Of a DNA stretch of 64,000 bases, positions 38,787 through 47,584 are shown piece after piece (within the stretch, counting starts at the first letter, position 1; every line of letters begins with the position of its first letter). The stretch is from Chlamydiales bacterium. Its GTDB lineage: Bacteria; Chlamydiota; Chlamydiia; Chlamydiales; SM23-39. The stretch spans positions 207,490-271,489 of the forward strand of contig OZ253438.1 in assembly GCA_965261025.1 (NCBI GenBank), in the 5' to 3' direction. The translations under genes and the position numbers were made by a program. The notes below the pieces were generated by a model. The model saw nothing but the letters and a program-made list of their open reading frames with translations, searched no databases and was not told the DNA's origin.

Positions 38787-39704
38787 GTGTCCTTGCTAAA
38801 GGTTTTTTCCCTTGGGATTTTGATGGGTCTTGCCGATTTAATTCCTGGGATTTCTGGAGGGACGATAGCCTTTATATTGGGATTTTATCAAAGACTTATT
38901 CAAAGTCTTGCTACCTTTTCTCCTAGCCAGTTGGTTTTTTTTCTAAGAAAAAGGCATTTTTCTAAAGAGTTATCTGAGTCGTTCCTTTTTTTATTTTCTC
39001 TTTTTTCAGGAATGGGGCTCTCCTTACTTTTTTTTTCTTATTGGGTGCTTTCTTTATTTCAAGATCCTCTGTACAGAGTATATTTATATTCTTTCTTCTT
39101 TGGAGTTGTATTAGGCTCTATTCGCCATAGGAAAAAGAGGGTCTTATTATGGAATAAAAAGCGGTTTTTCTTTTTTACTTTGGGGTTTTTTTTCTCTTTT
39201 TCTATTACTTTTCTGCAAGGAAAAAATTTTCTTTCCTGGGAATCAGGGCGCTTTTCTTTTTTTCTAGTTTTAGCAGGGGCTCTGACTATATTTGCGATGC
39301 TGCTTCCTGGAATTTCGGGGAGTTATATTCTCCTTCTTTTGGGTCTGTATGTACCTTCTTTAAAAGCCCTTTCTTCGTTATGGAGTTTGCGAATTGATTC
39401 TTTTCTTTTTTTGATTCAGTTGGGAATAGGTGCTTTTTTGGGCTTTTTTTTCTTTGCTCATATGTTTTCTTATTTAAATAAACGCTATCGAGAAAACCTA
39501 GAAGCAAATCTTCTGGGTTTTTTATTAGGTTCTTTAGGTTTTATTTGGCCTTATGGTTCTTATATACATTCTTTACATGGCAGTGAAGGGATAATCTTAA
39601 ACAACCATCAACTGGTATTTTCTGTTTTATTTCTATTAGCGGGATATTTTTTATTACAACGCACCCATAAAAAAGCAGAAAAAACTCTACCTTTGATAGA
39701 ATAA
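38787..39704 (+). CDS. DUF368-family membrane protein (family implicated in undecaprenyl-phosphate recycling)
   Basis: The GTG start directly follows the rodZ stop. Has duplicated signature motifs GLADLIPGISGGTIAFILGFY and MLLPGISGSYILLLLGLY. Confidence 0.8.
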   Translation: MSLLKVFSLGILMGLADLIPGISGGTIAFILGFYQRLIQSLATFSPSQLVFFLRKRHFSKELSESFLFLFSLFSGMGLSLLFFSYWVLSLFQDPLYRVYLYSFFFGVVLGSIRHRKKRVLLWNKKRFFFFTLGFFFSFSITFLQGKNFLSWESGRFSFFLVLAGALTIFAMLLPGISGSYILLLLGLYVPSLKALSSLWSLRIDSFLFLIQLGIGAFLGFFFFAHMFSYLNKRYRENLEANLLGFLLGSLGFIWPYGSYIHSLHGSEGIILNNHQLVFSVLFLLAGYFLLQRTHKKAEKTLPLIE

Positions 39705-39765
39705 GGCCCTTGCATAAAAGAATAGGGATCTTTATTCTTCGGCAAAAGCAATTTGAGGAAAGCCT

Positions 39766-41676
39766 ATGGAATGCTTGGGAGATTTTATTCTTTTAAAAGA
39801 GCTAGGACAAGGGCCCTTTTCCACTACTTATCTTGCAGAGCAAAGGTTTATCAAAAAGACCTTTGTTTTAAAAGTTTTGGATAAGACACTTTCTGCCGAT
39901 CCTCTGTTTTTAGATCGTTTTGAAAGGCTTATCTCTTCCGTAGCTTCCTTAGAACACCCCTCAATTGTAAAAATACATAATATTTCTTCGCACGAAGGGA
40001 CTTACTTTTTGGTCATGGATCCTTTTGTTGACTCTGTTGGAGAGACGATGAATTTAGATCGTTATTTGGATTTAAAGGGTAAAGTACTTACAGAAGCAGA
40101 GATAGAAAATATCCTTTTACAGATAGCAGGAGCTTTAGATTATGCGCACGCTATTTCTTTTGATGAGGGGTATTTAGCTCATGGAGGGTTGAAACTTTCT
40201 AACTTACTGGTAGCAAAAAAAGAGAAAGAGCTGAGAATTTATCTTTCTGACTTTGGCTTTTCTAGAATCCTTTCTAAGGGACTTTGTCTAGCTAGAAAAT
40301 GTGAAACTTTCTCTCTTGCTTTGCAGGAAAGAAAGGAAGGCTTTAATTCAGAAAGGCACTACCTTTTACATCGCTCTTTTTTGCGTGACTTTCCCTTTTT
40401 GGCTCCAGAGCAAAAAGATTTTGAAGAAGAAGAGATGCCAGATCCTTCTGTGGATGCCTATGCCTTTGGCGTTTTAGCTTATTTTTTACTTACAAAAACC
40501 TTTCCGGAAGGGTGTTTTGATCCAGTTCATTTAGGAAAATTTTCTTATAATCTTTCTTGGGACTTGCTTATCTTTCAGTCTTTGCAAAAAGATCCAAAGA
40601 ACAGACCTACTAACTTAAGCAAAGCTATGGAAAAGATCCGAGGAGAGAAAAAGGCTTCTTATCCTTGGAGTGAAGTGGGTAAAAAAATTGAAGATGCGAT
40701 GCAAATGTCTTTTACCTTCGGGGAGAAGAAAGCAGATAAAGTAGAGGAGATTACGAAAAAAACCCCTCTTACTTTTTATTCATCTTCTCAAGAGTCTAGT
40801 TTGAAACCCCTTTTAAAACCTCAAGAGATTCATAGGCCTCAGTATGAGCCAGATCCGGGAGCTATTTTTCAAAAAGAACTTGCCGTTTCTAGATATCAAC
40901 CTGCCGAGGTTGAAGTAAAAGAGGTAGAACCTCTTTTAACAGAAATGGTTATTATACCCGGAGATACATACTTTCGAGGAAGTAATCACGGGGCAAGGGA
41001 TGAGATGCCAAGACATGCCATTTCTCTATCGAGTTTTGCTCTTGATATACATCCTGTTACCAACGAGCAGTTTGTCCGGTTTTTAAGCGCTATGGGAGGA
41101 GAAAAAGATGGAAACAATAATGATATTATCCGATTGAGAGACTCTCGTATTAAAAGAAGTTCAGGAAAACTCACAATAGAATCAGGTTATGCCAGGCATC
41201 CTGTAGTGGGAGTTACTTGGTATGGGGCTTTTGCCTATGCAAAATGGGTAGGAAAAAGACTTCCTAAGGAAGGAGAATGGGAAGTTGCCTCTTACAGTGG
41301 AAAAAAAGAGGGTATGATTTATCCCACAGGGGAGGACATAGAGAGAACCAAGGCCAATTTTTTCAGTTCAGATACCACAGCGGTAATGAGCTATCCCTGC
41401 AATGAGTATGGTATTTATGACATGGCAGGGAATGTCTATGAGTGGTGTCAAGACTGGTATGCCTATAACTATTATGACACTTCCTTGCAAGAGCCTGAAG
41501 ATCCTCAAGGACCACCTCAGGGGGTTTATAGGGTGCTAAGAGGGGGCTGCTGGAAAAGTCTTAAGGAGGATCTACGCTGTTCCCATAGACATAGAAATAA
41601 TCCTGGTACGGTAAATGGGACATATGGATTTCGCTGTGCAGCTGATGTCACTTCCGCTGGTAAAAATTTCCTCTGA
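39766..41676 (+). CDS. Ser/Thr protein-kinase-like domain fused to a C-terminal FGE-sulfatase (SUMF1) domain
   Basis: 636 aa with G-loop LGQGPFSTTY, VLKVL Lys, YLSDFG (DFG) and FLAPEQ (APE). The catalytic loop reads AHGGLKLSN instead of HRDLKxxN. The C-terminal roughly 250 aa has FGE-type motifs ([33 protein letters not shown]). Confidence 0.85.
   Translation: MECLGDFILLKELGQGPFSTTYLAEQRFIKKTFVLKVLDKTLSADPLFLDRFERLISSVASLEHPSIVKIHNISSHEGTYFLVMDPFVDSVGETMNLDRYLDLKGKVLTEAEIENILLQIAGALDYAHAISFDEGYLAHGGLKLSNLLVAKKEKELRIYLSDFGFSRILSKGLCLARKCETFSLALQERKEGFNSERHYLLHRSFLRDFPFLAPEQKDFEEEEMPDPSVDAYAFGVLAYFLLTKTFPEGCFDPVHLGKFSYNLSWDLLIFQSLQKDPKNRPTNLSKAMEKIRGEKKASYPWSEVGKKIEDAMQMSFTFGEKKADKVEEITKKTPLTFYSSSQESSLKPLLKPQEIHRPQYEPDPGAIFQKELAVSRYQPAEVEVKEVEPLLTEMVIIPGDTYFRGSNHGARDEMPRHAISLSSFALDIHPVTNEQFVRFLSAMGGEKDGNNNDIIRLRDSRIKRSSGKLTIESGYARHPVVGVTWYGAFAYAKWVGKRLPKEGEWEVASYSGKKEGMIYPTGEDIERTKANFFSSDTTAVMSYPCNEYGIYDMAGNVYEWCQDWYAYNYYDTSLQEPEDPQGPPQGVYRVLRGGCWKSLKEDLRCSHRHRNNPGTVNGTYGFRCAADVTSAGKNFL
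41118..41676. repeat. Direct repeat copy 1 (3' 559 bp of the kinase/FGE gene)
   Basis: Aligns with 43365-43923 at a constant offset of 2247 nt. I spotted only four substitutions by eye, plus a 3-nt difference in the last codons. Confidence 0.9.
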
Positions 41677-41809
41677 CGTCTGAGGACTGTTATGCAGTGG
41701 GTTTAATCCCCTTTTTTTGAGCCTCCAAAGCGATGGATTTACGGAGAGAAAAATATTTTCCTTTACCTATTTTGCACAAAATGTCAAATAAAGTCTTGTC
41801 TATTACAAT

Positions 41810-43234
41810 TTACGACTTGTCTAGCAGATGTTTAAAATCAATGATTGCAGAAAAAAAGTCGCTTTCTACTACGGTTTCATCAACTCCATTCACATGAATC
41901 AAAACAGGTCGTATTGATATATTTTTAGGTAGGGTTAAACTACGAATTTTTTGTTTTACCTCATCAACAACACTTCTTGTAAGCTCTTGACTACTAAATT
42001 TAATTTCACACAAATAACACGTTCCGAATTTTGTTTGAATCATGTAATCGATTTGACAACCTGATCGACCTTTAGCTTTACGTTGGAAAAATGGATTGTC
42101 ATTCACAATCTCAGACGGATCAACATTGAGAATATGCTGTATTGCCTTGCGATTGCTGAGTACAAGATTTTCAAATTGCAACCCCATTGCTGATTGCCAT
42201 TGAGGTAACAGCTTTAATCCCTGTCTTGCGATTTTCTTTTTATTTGGCTTGATATATTTCAAATAAAACCTTAAATAATTGTCTTTAAGTCGGTAATGAC
42301 TCAACTTTGAATCTTTCCCTGTTTTAAGATGCCATGTAAAATCTTGAGAAACAAACCCTGCAGTGACTAGATCTTCCATGTATCTAGAGGTCACCCCACT
42401 TTTTTCGACGTTTAAAGCTTTGTAGATATCTTTAAGCTCACACGGACCTTCAGCAAGTCTTTCGACAATTTTTTTGTAAATCGCACTTCTATTTGAAAAC
42501 AAATCTGAAAAAATTCGCTCAAACTCACTAAAAAGAAATCCTTCTTTTCGAAAGCACAGTTTTTGAATATTATCCTCTGCGCTTTGATTGGGTATGATTT
42601 CTTCAAGATAGCGAGGAACTCCGCCAATGACTGAAAGAACCTTTAGTTTATCAAAAGCGGATACCCTTTTCTCTTCTGCTTTCCAAAATTTGTTACATTC
42701 ATAAAGCGGAAGTTCTTCTAAAACAATGTCTAAAGAAATTCTTCCCAAAAAACCTGTGCTGCTAAGAATGTTTTCTTCTATCCAACTTGAAATTGATCCG
42801 CACAATATGAGAATCAGCTGAGGGTTATTCTTAAAATAGAGATCCCAAGCTGTTTTAAGCTTTCCTAAAAACGTAGGATCTTTTGAACCCATCCAACTGA
42901 TTTCATCTAAAACAAGAACGATTTTTCCTTTTTGAGCATGTTGTGCTAGATGCCAAAATAAATCTCCCCAGTCATCAGCCCTCGGAAGAGGGATTTTCAT
43001 TTCACGTTGTAATTGTCGAGCAAATTCCTCTCTTTGATCGGCAGCTGAAATGTTATTGGTGGGAGGAAACCCAGAAAATACATAGTGAGGTATTTTGCTA
43101 GCAAATTCTTGAGTTAAACGACTCTTTCCGATACGTCGTCTACCCCGAATAACAACAAGGCTCGACGCTTTTTTCTTAAAAAGCTCCTGTAACATCTGAA
43201 GCTCTCTTTTACGTCCCACAAACGTATGCAGCAT
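41810..43234 (-). CDS. AAA+ ATPase (archaeal-ATPase/DUF234-type ATP-binding protein)
   Basis: 474 aa with N-terminal FVGRKRELQML, Walker A GRRRIGKSRL and Walker B IVLVLDEISW. A C-terminal DUF234-like region is present (CQIDYMIQTKFGTCYLCEIKF). Confidence 0.85.
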   Translation of the reverse strand: MLHTFVGRKRELQMLQELFKKKASSLVVIRGRRRIGKSRLTQEFASKIPHYVFSGFPPTNNISAADQREEFARQLQREMKIPLPRADDWGDLFWHLAQHAQKGKIVLVLDEISWMGSKDPTFLGKLKTAWDLYFKNNPQLILILCGSISSWIEENILSSTGFLGRISLDIVLEELPLYECNKFWKAEEKRVSAFDKLKVLSVIGGVPRYLEEIIPNQSAEDNIQKLCFRKEGFLFSEFERIFSDLFSNRSAIYKKIVERLAEGPCELKDIYKALNVEKSGVTSRYMEDLVTAGFVSQDFTWHLKTGKDSKLSHYRLKDNYLRFYLKYIKPNKKKIARQGLKLLPQWQSAMGLQFENLVLSNRKAIQHILNVDPSEIVNDNPFFQRKAKGRSGCQIDYMIQTKFGTCYLCEIKFSSQELTRSVVDEVKQKIRSLTLPKNISIRPVLIHVNGVDETVVESDFFSAIIDFKHLLDKS

Positions 43235-43337
43235 ATTTTTTTATCCTGTATTTTGGTGATGAATTTATCATAGCAAAAACACATCACAAAATCAATGTTT
43301 TTTGTTTTAGTGATGTACAAAAATCAAGGGTTATGCT

Positions 43338-43361
43338 AAAAAAGAGGCTGCTTTAGCAGCC
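43338..43361 (-). terminator. Rho-independent-terminator-like hairpin upstream of the ATPase gene
   Basis: The minus strand reads GGCTGC-TAAA-GCAGCC followed by TCTTTTTT. It sits exactly at the inner edge of repeat copy 2. Confidence 0.5.
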
Positions 43362-43364
43362 CCC

Positions 43365-43923
43365 TAATGATATTATCCGACTGAGAGACTCTCGTATTAA
43401 AAGAAATTCAGGAAAACTCACAATAGAATCGGGTTATGCCAGGCATCCTGTAGTGGGAGTTACTTGGTATGGGGCTTTTGCCTATGCAAAATGGGTAGGA
43501 AAAAGACTTCCTAAGGAAGGAGAATGGGAAGTTGCCTCTTACAGTGGAAAAAAAGAGGGTATGATTTATCCCACAGGGGAGGACATAGAGAGAACCAAGG
43601 CCAATTTTTTCAGTTCAGATACCACAGCGGTAATGAGCTATCCCTGCAATGAGTATGGTATTTATGACATGGCAGGGAATGTCTATGAGTGGTGTCAAGA
43701 CTGGTATGCCTATAACTATTATGACACTTCCTTGCAAGAGCCTGAAGATCCTCAAGGACCACCTCAGGGGGTTTATAGGGTGCTAAGAGGGGGCTGCTGG
43801 AAAAGTCTTAAGGAGGATCTACGCTGTTCCCATAGACATAGAAATAATCCTGGTACGGTAAATGGGACATATGGATTTCGCTGCGCAGCTGATGTCACTT
43901 CCGCTGGTAAAAATTTTTCCTGA
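43365..43923. repeat. Direct repeat copy 2
   Basis: Near-identical to 41118-41676. The differing positions are cgaTtgagag/cgaCtgagag, agaaGttca/agaaAttca, gaatcAggt/gaatcGggt and cgctgTgca/cgctgCgca, and the terminal codons encode NFL* versus NFS*. Confidence 0.9.
43365..43923 (+). pseudogene. 5'-truncated duplicate of the FGE-sulfatase domain (no kinase domain, no proper start)
   Basis: The in-frame region opens after a TAG at 43354-43356. The only start candidate is an internal GTG at 43453. The encoded 155 aa are identical to the kinase C-terminus except the last residue. Confidence 0.75.
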
Positions 43924-44214
43924 CATCTAGAGAGAAAGATTAAGTAGATAATTAGAGGGGATTCTAGGGCTTTCTTCATTGAGGAGCTTCTCCTAAAGGC
44001 CTAAGAGAAGGATCTCTTGGGTTTGCTCGTTGGTTTGTATCGATGTTTTTACTTTAGACTTTGGATTTTAAGGGGGAAGGAGCCCCGCTTTAATGAATTG
44101 CTATCTGAAATCCAAGAGAATTTTCAATGACTTTTTATCCACTCTTGGGTGGAGGTTTTCTCTTGAAAGAGTAGGGTCATTCGTAGAGAATTAGAGGTAT
44201 TTGCGGTAACCTAA

Positions 44215-44793
44215 ATGAAGGATTTTTTTTTACGATCTGAAGACCATATAGTTAGATCCAAAGATTTCTCCAAGAAATCTTTAGAGTCTCAAAATTTTGA
44301 GGAGTGCTTATTTGAGGGGTGTAACTTCACAGAAGCTCTTTTGAAAAAGGCAAAGTTTAGTTCTTGTCTCTTTAAAAACTGTAATTTTAGTTTAGTGAAG
44401 TTAGATGAATGTCGTATCCAGGATACTCCATTTTTGGAATGCAAAATCGTAGGTGTGGAATTTTTTAAATGTGAAAAGACCTTTTTCTCAACAACTTTTC
44501 GAGGTTGTTTAGTCCAATATTGTAATTTTTCTGATCTTCGGATGAAAAATGCTTCTTTTGCTAGAAGTAAGTTGAAAGAGTGCTACTTTACCAATACATA
44601 TCTAGTGGGATCTGATTTTGAAGAGACAGATTTGATGGGAACCGTTTTTCACAATAGTGATCTTTCCCAATGTGATTTCTCTAAAGCATTGAATTACAAT
44701 ATTGATCCAGTAACTAATAATATTAAAAAAGCGAAATTTTCCCTTCCAGAAGCAGTAGGACTTCTACGTGGTTTTGATATTTCCCTTCTATAG
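44215..44793 (+). CDS. Pentapeptide-repeat protein (Qnr/McbG-like size and architecture)
   Basis: 192 aa made almost entirely of tandem A(D/N)LXX-type pentapeptides (FEECLFEGCNFTEALLKKAKFSSCLFKNCNFSLVKLDECRI...). Confidence 0.85.
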   Translation: MKDFFLRSEDHIVRSKDFSKKSLESQNFEECLFEGCNFTEALLKKAKFSSCLFKNCNFSLVKLDECRIQDTPFLECKIVGVEFFKCEKTFFSTTFRGCLVQYCNFSDLRMKNASFARSKLKECYFTNTYLVGSDFEETDLMGTVFHNSDLSQCDFSKALNYNIDPVTNNIKKAKFSLPEAVGLLRGFDISLL

Positions 44794-45102
44794 TATCAAA
44801 AAGAGTTCTTTGACTATTTGAAAAAAGAGCCTAGGGTCCTCTTGTTTAGGTTATGCTAGATGCTTCTACATTGCTGTAAGCAAAGAATCTACGTATATTT
44901 AGAAGAGGAAGAAGGTCTCGATTTTTTACCAGCTCTTTCTAAGAAGAACTCGTATTCTTCGAGAAAGATCTTTTTTAGTTCACCAGAGTCTTTGCAAAGG
45001 ATATCCCATCTGGGATTCTTCTTCTTCCCTATTATAGTGGCTTCTGTAATAACTTATTTAATGATTAAAAGAGGTTTTTGTTGGATCAAACTGGTATGTT
45101 GG

Positions 45103-45747
45103 TCAATGCACCATTTGTCCACTAAAAATCTGTTGATTTGCAAGATCTGTTTCTATGCTGTAAATCCAGTTATTGAACAGTACTTCCTCTATAAGACAAG
45201 CATGTGTGGCATACCTTTTTCCCAGCTTAAGTTTTTTGATCCCTTCTTGCATTTCATCTAAATGTTCTTCTTCTTCGAGAAGAATCGACTTTACATGTAC
45301 TTTTGATCTATGCTTCCGCAGCACTGCTTCGTAAATGGGATAAAATTTTTGGGCTCGAACTTCTATAGCATAAGTTACTAAAAGATAAGCAATCTTTTTC
45401 ACGGAGCGTTTATCTAGCATGCATTCTTTTATTAGGAAACGAGATATGAAAAGGTCTAATTTATTTAGGTATTGCAAAGTAGTAATTCCGCCAAGAATGG
45501 ACGATGGGCAATAATTAGGAAAAAAGGACAAAGAGACTCTTTTAATTTGCCATTTCAAATAGTGACAGTGGCGAAATTCTTCAGAGGCATGCTTAAGCAT
45601 TTCTTCTTTCACTAAAGTAGGGTGCTCACAGGCAGCTATTTTGCGAGCGCCGCAATTTTCTAAATAAGAAAGGGTATTGAGCCATTTCGCGTGAAGAATA
45701 TCATTTTGGACAATCTTAATGAGAAGAGGAATTAATTTTTTCTCCAT
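45103..45747 (-). CDS. Uncharacterised ferritin-like diiron-carboxylate-motif protein, last gene of the biotin operon
   Basis: 214 aa whose start overlaps the bioA 3' end by 16 nt. Candidate diiron ligands are E30, E57-x-x-H60, E129 and E159-x-x-H162, spaced 27 and 30 residues apart (YLENCGARKIA, ASEEFRH, YAIEVRA, LEEEEHL). Confidence 0.6.
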   Translation of the reverse strand: MEKKLIPLLIKIVQNDILHAKWLNTLSYLENCGARKIAACEHPTLVKEEMLKHASEEFRHCHYLKWQIKRVSLSFFPNYCPSSILGGITTLQYLNKLDLFISRFLIKECMLDKRSVKKIAYLLVTYAIEVRAQKFYPIYEAVLRKHRSKVHVKSILLEEEEHLDEMQEGIKKLKLGKRYATHACLIEEVLFNNWIYSIETDLANQQIFSGQMVH

Positions 45748-46994
45748 AAATCTCCTTCAAGGGTAAATATAATTGCATCATAGACAAGATTCAGTTCTTC
45801 TTTTGAGAAACAGTAAGGAGGGAGAACATAGAGAACGTTTCCCAAAGGTCTTAATAAGATTTTTCTCTCGATAAAAAATTCATATAGAAAATTACCTAGA
45901 GAAGAAAAATAAGTACAATTTTCATCTTTATACTCGAGAGCTAAAATCGTTCCAAGAGATTCACACCGTTTAAGTCTTGGATGATTTTTCCATTGTTTTA
46001 CAAAATTTGAGTGATACTTTTCGATCATCATTCTTTGTCTTGTACAATCTGAGGTTAGAAGAAGGTCGAGACTAGCAACAGCACTAGCACATGCTAGGGG
46101 ATTAGCCGTATAGGAATGCCCATGTAAAAGTGCTTTGTGCTTGTCTTTACAGTGGAAGAGTTTGTAAATTTCCTCTTTACAGGCGGTGGCTCCTAACGGT
46201 AAAAATCCTGCTGTGATTCCTTTAGATAAACAAATAATATCAGGATTTTCTTCTAACCTTCCGCAGGCGAAATAGGTGCCTGTTCTACCAAATCCCGTCA
46301 TTACTTCATCGGCAATTGTAATAACTTCATGTTCTCGGCAAATTTTGAGAAGGTGATTCAGGGCTTTGGCTGAGTGGATCACCATTCCAGAAACTCCTTG
46401 AATTAAGGGCTCAAATAAGAAACAGGCTATTTCATTCGAGGAAAGGGCAGCTTGAAGTTCAGCAATACTTTTTTCTTCTAGACCAGAGGTGGGTGGAGTA
46501 ATTGTGATTACATCAAAGAGATGATTCCAAAAGGGGCGATTCAAAAGGGTTTTTCCAGATACTGACATTGCTCCAAAGGTATCACCATGATAGCCCCCTT
46601 TAAAACTCACAATTTTTGTTTTCTTTTTGCTTTTATTGTACCAGTACTGAAGTGCCATTTTTAAACCTACTTCAACGGCTGTTGAACCATTGTCTGAATA
46701 GAAAATTTTCCCCATTTTTCCTGGGAGAAGAGGAAGGATTCGAGTAGTAAGTTCTAATGCTGGTGGATGAGTAAATCCTGCAAAAATGACCTGTTCCAGC
46801 TCTAGGGCTTGTGCAGAAATTTTTTTAGCGATGTATGGGTGACAATGACCATGTAAATTGACCCACCAAGAAGAAATAGCATCTAAATAATCTAGGCCAT
46901 CTTGTGAGGTTAAATAGGATCCCTCGCCTTTGATAATTTGGATAGGCTCTTTTGCTGTTTTCATTTGAGTGAAGGGATACCAGATTGCTGCCAT
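45732..46994 (-). CDS. bioA: Adenosylmethionine-8-amino-7-oxononanoate aminotransferase
   Basis: 420 aa with IWYPFTQM, SSWWVNLHGH, ADEVMTGFGRTG and the PLP-Lys region LSKGITAGFLPLGA. Confidence 0.9.
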   Translation of the reverse strand: MAAIWYPFTQMKTAKEPIQIIKGEGSYLTSQDGLDYLDAISSWWVNLHGHCHPYIAKKISAQALELEQVIFAGFTHPPALELTTRILPLLPGKMGKIFYSDNGSTAVEVGLKMALQYWYNKSKKKTKIVSFKGGYHGDTFGAMSVSGKTLLNRPFWNHLFDVITITPPTSGLEEKSIAELQAALSSNEIACFLFEPLIQGVSGMVIHSAKALNHLLKICREHEVITIADEVMTGFGRTGTYFACGRLEENPDIICLSKGITAGFLPLGATACKEEIYKLFHCKDKHKALLHGHSYTANPLACASAVASLDLLLTSDCTRQRMMIEKYHSNFVKQWKNHPRLKRCESLGTILALEYKDENCTYFSSLGNFLYEFFIERKILLRPLGNVLYVLPPYCFSKEELNLVYDAIIFTLEGDLWRKN

Positions 46995-47584
46995 TTTTTT
47001 GCGTACCTTTGAATTGTTGATAAATTAATGCTTTTTTCTGGAAGTAACCTGCCAAGAAAGGGAACTTCGGAAAATTTTATGATTGCCTTTTCACTGTCTG
47101 GGTTGGATTTGCCGTTAAAAATGATCCCTAGAATTTTTATGGATCTTTTTTTAAGTGCCTCAATTGTGAGTAGCGTATGATTGATGCTACCTAAGTAGTG
47201 TTTTGATACAAGGATCCAGTGAGCCTTCCAGGTTTTAAAAAGATCGATGCTAAGAAGACTTTCGTTTAAAGGAACAAAAATCCCTCCAGCCATCTCAATA
47301 ATCAAGGGATGATTTGTTATAGGTGGGATGATTTTTTCAGGATGGATTATTCGGTTTTCTAAGCGGGCTGCATGATGTGGAGAAAGTGGGGCCTTAAAAG
47401 TATAAGCTGGGGGGTGAACTTTGTGATTCGAAGAAAGGAATCTTGTAATCATAGCAGAATCAGTATCGGAGGCTCCGCTTTGGACCGGCTTCCAATAATC
47501 TCCTTTAAAAATCGTGGTAATAACTGCAGAAACAACTGTTTTACCAACTCCTGTGTTAATTCCTGCTATGATAATATCAGCCAT
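46961..47584 (-). CDS. bioD: Dethiobiotin synthetase
   Basis: 207 aa with a P-loop (IIIAGINTGVGKTVVS) and EMAGG. Overlaps both bioF and bioA. Confidence 0.9.
   Translation of the reverse strand: MADIIIAGINTGVGKTVVSAVITTIFKGDYWKPVQSGASDTDSAMITRFLSSNHKVHPPAYTFKAPLSPHHAARLENRIIHPEKIIPPITNHPLIIEMAGGIFVPLNESLLSIDLFKTWKAHWILVSKHYLGSINHTLLTIEALKKRSIKILGIIFNGKSNPDSEKAIIKFSEVPFLGRLLPEKSINLSTIQRYAKKWQQSGIPSLK

Noticed and set aside
41677-43364. Insertion-sequence or transposon explanation for the ATPase cassette
   Set aside because: I could find no terminal inverted repeats when comparing the two inner flanks, and no transposase or integrase. The flanking repeats are 559 bp of host gene, far longer than a target-site duplication.
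44860-45261. 133-aa plus-strand ORF
   Set aside because: It overlaps the 3' end of the diiron-protein gene on the opposite strand. It has no motif or SD, so it is probably spurious.
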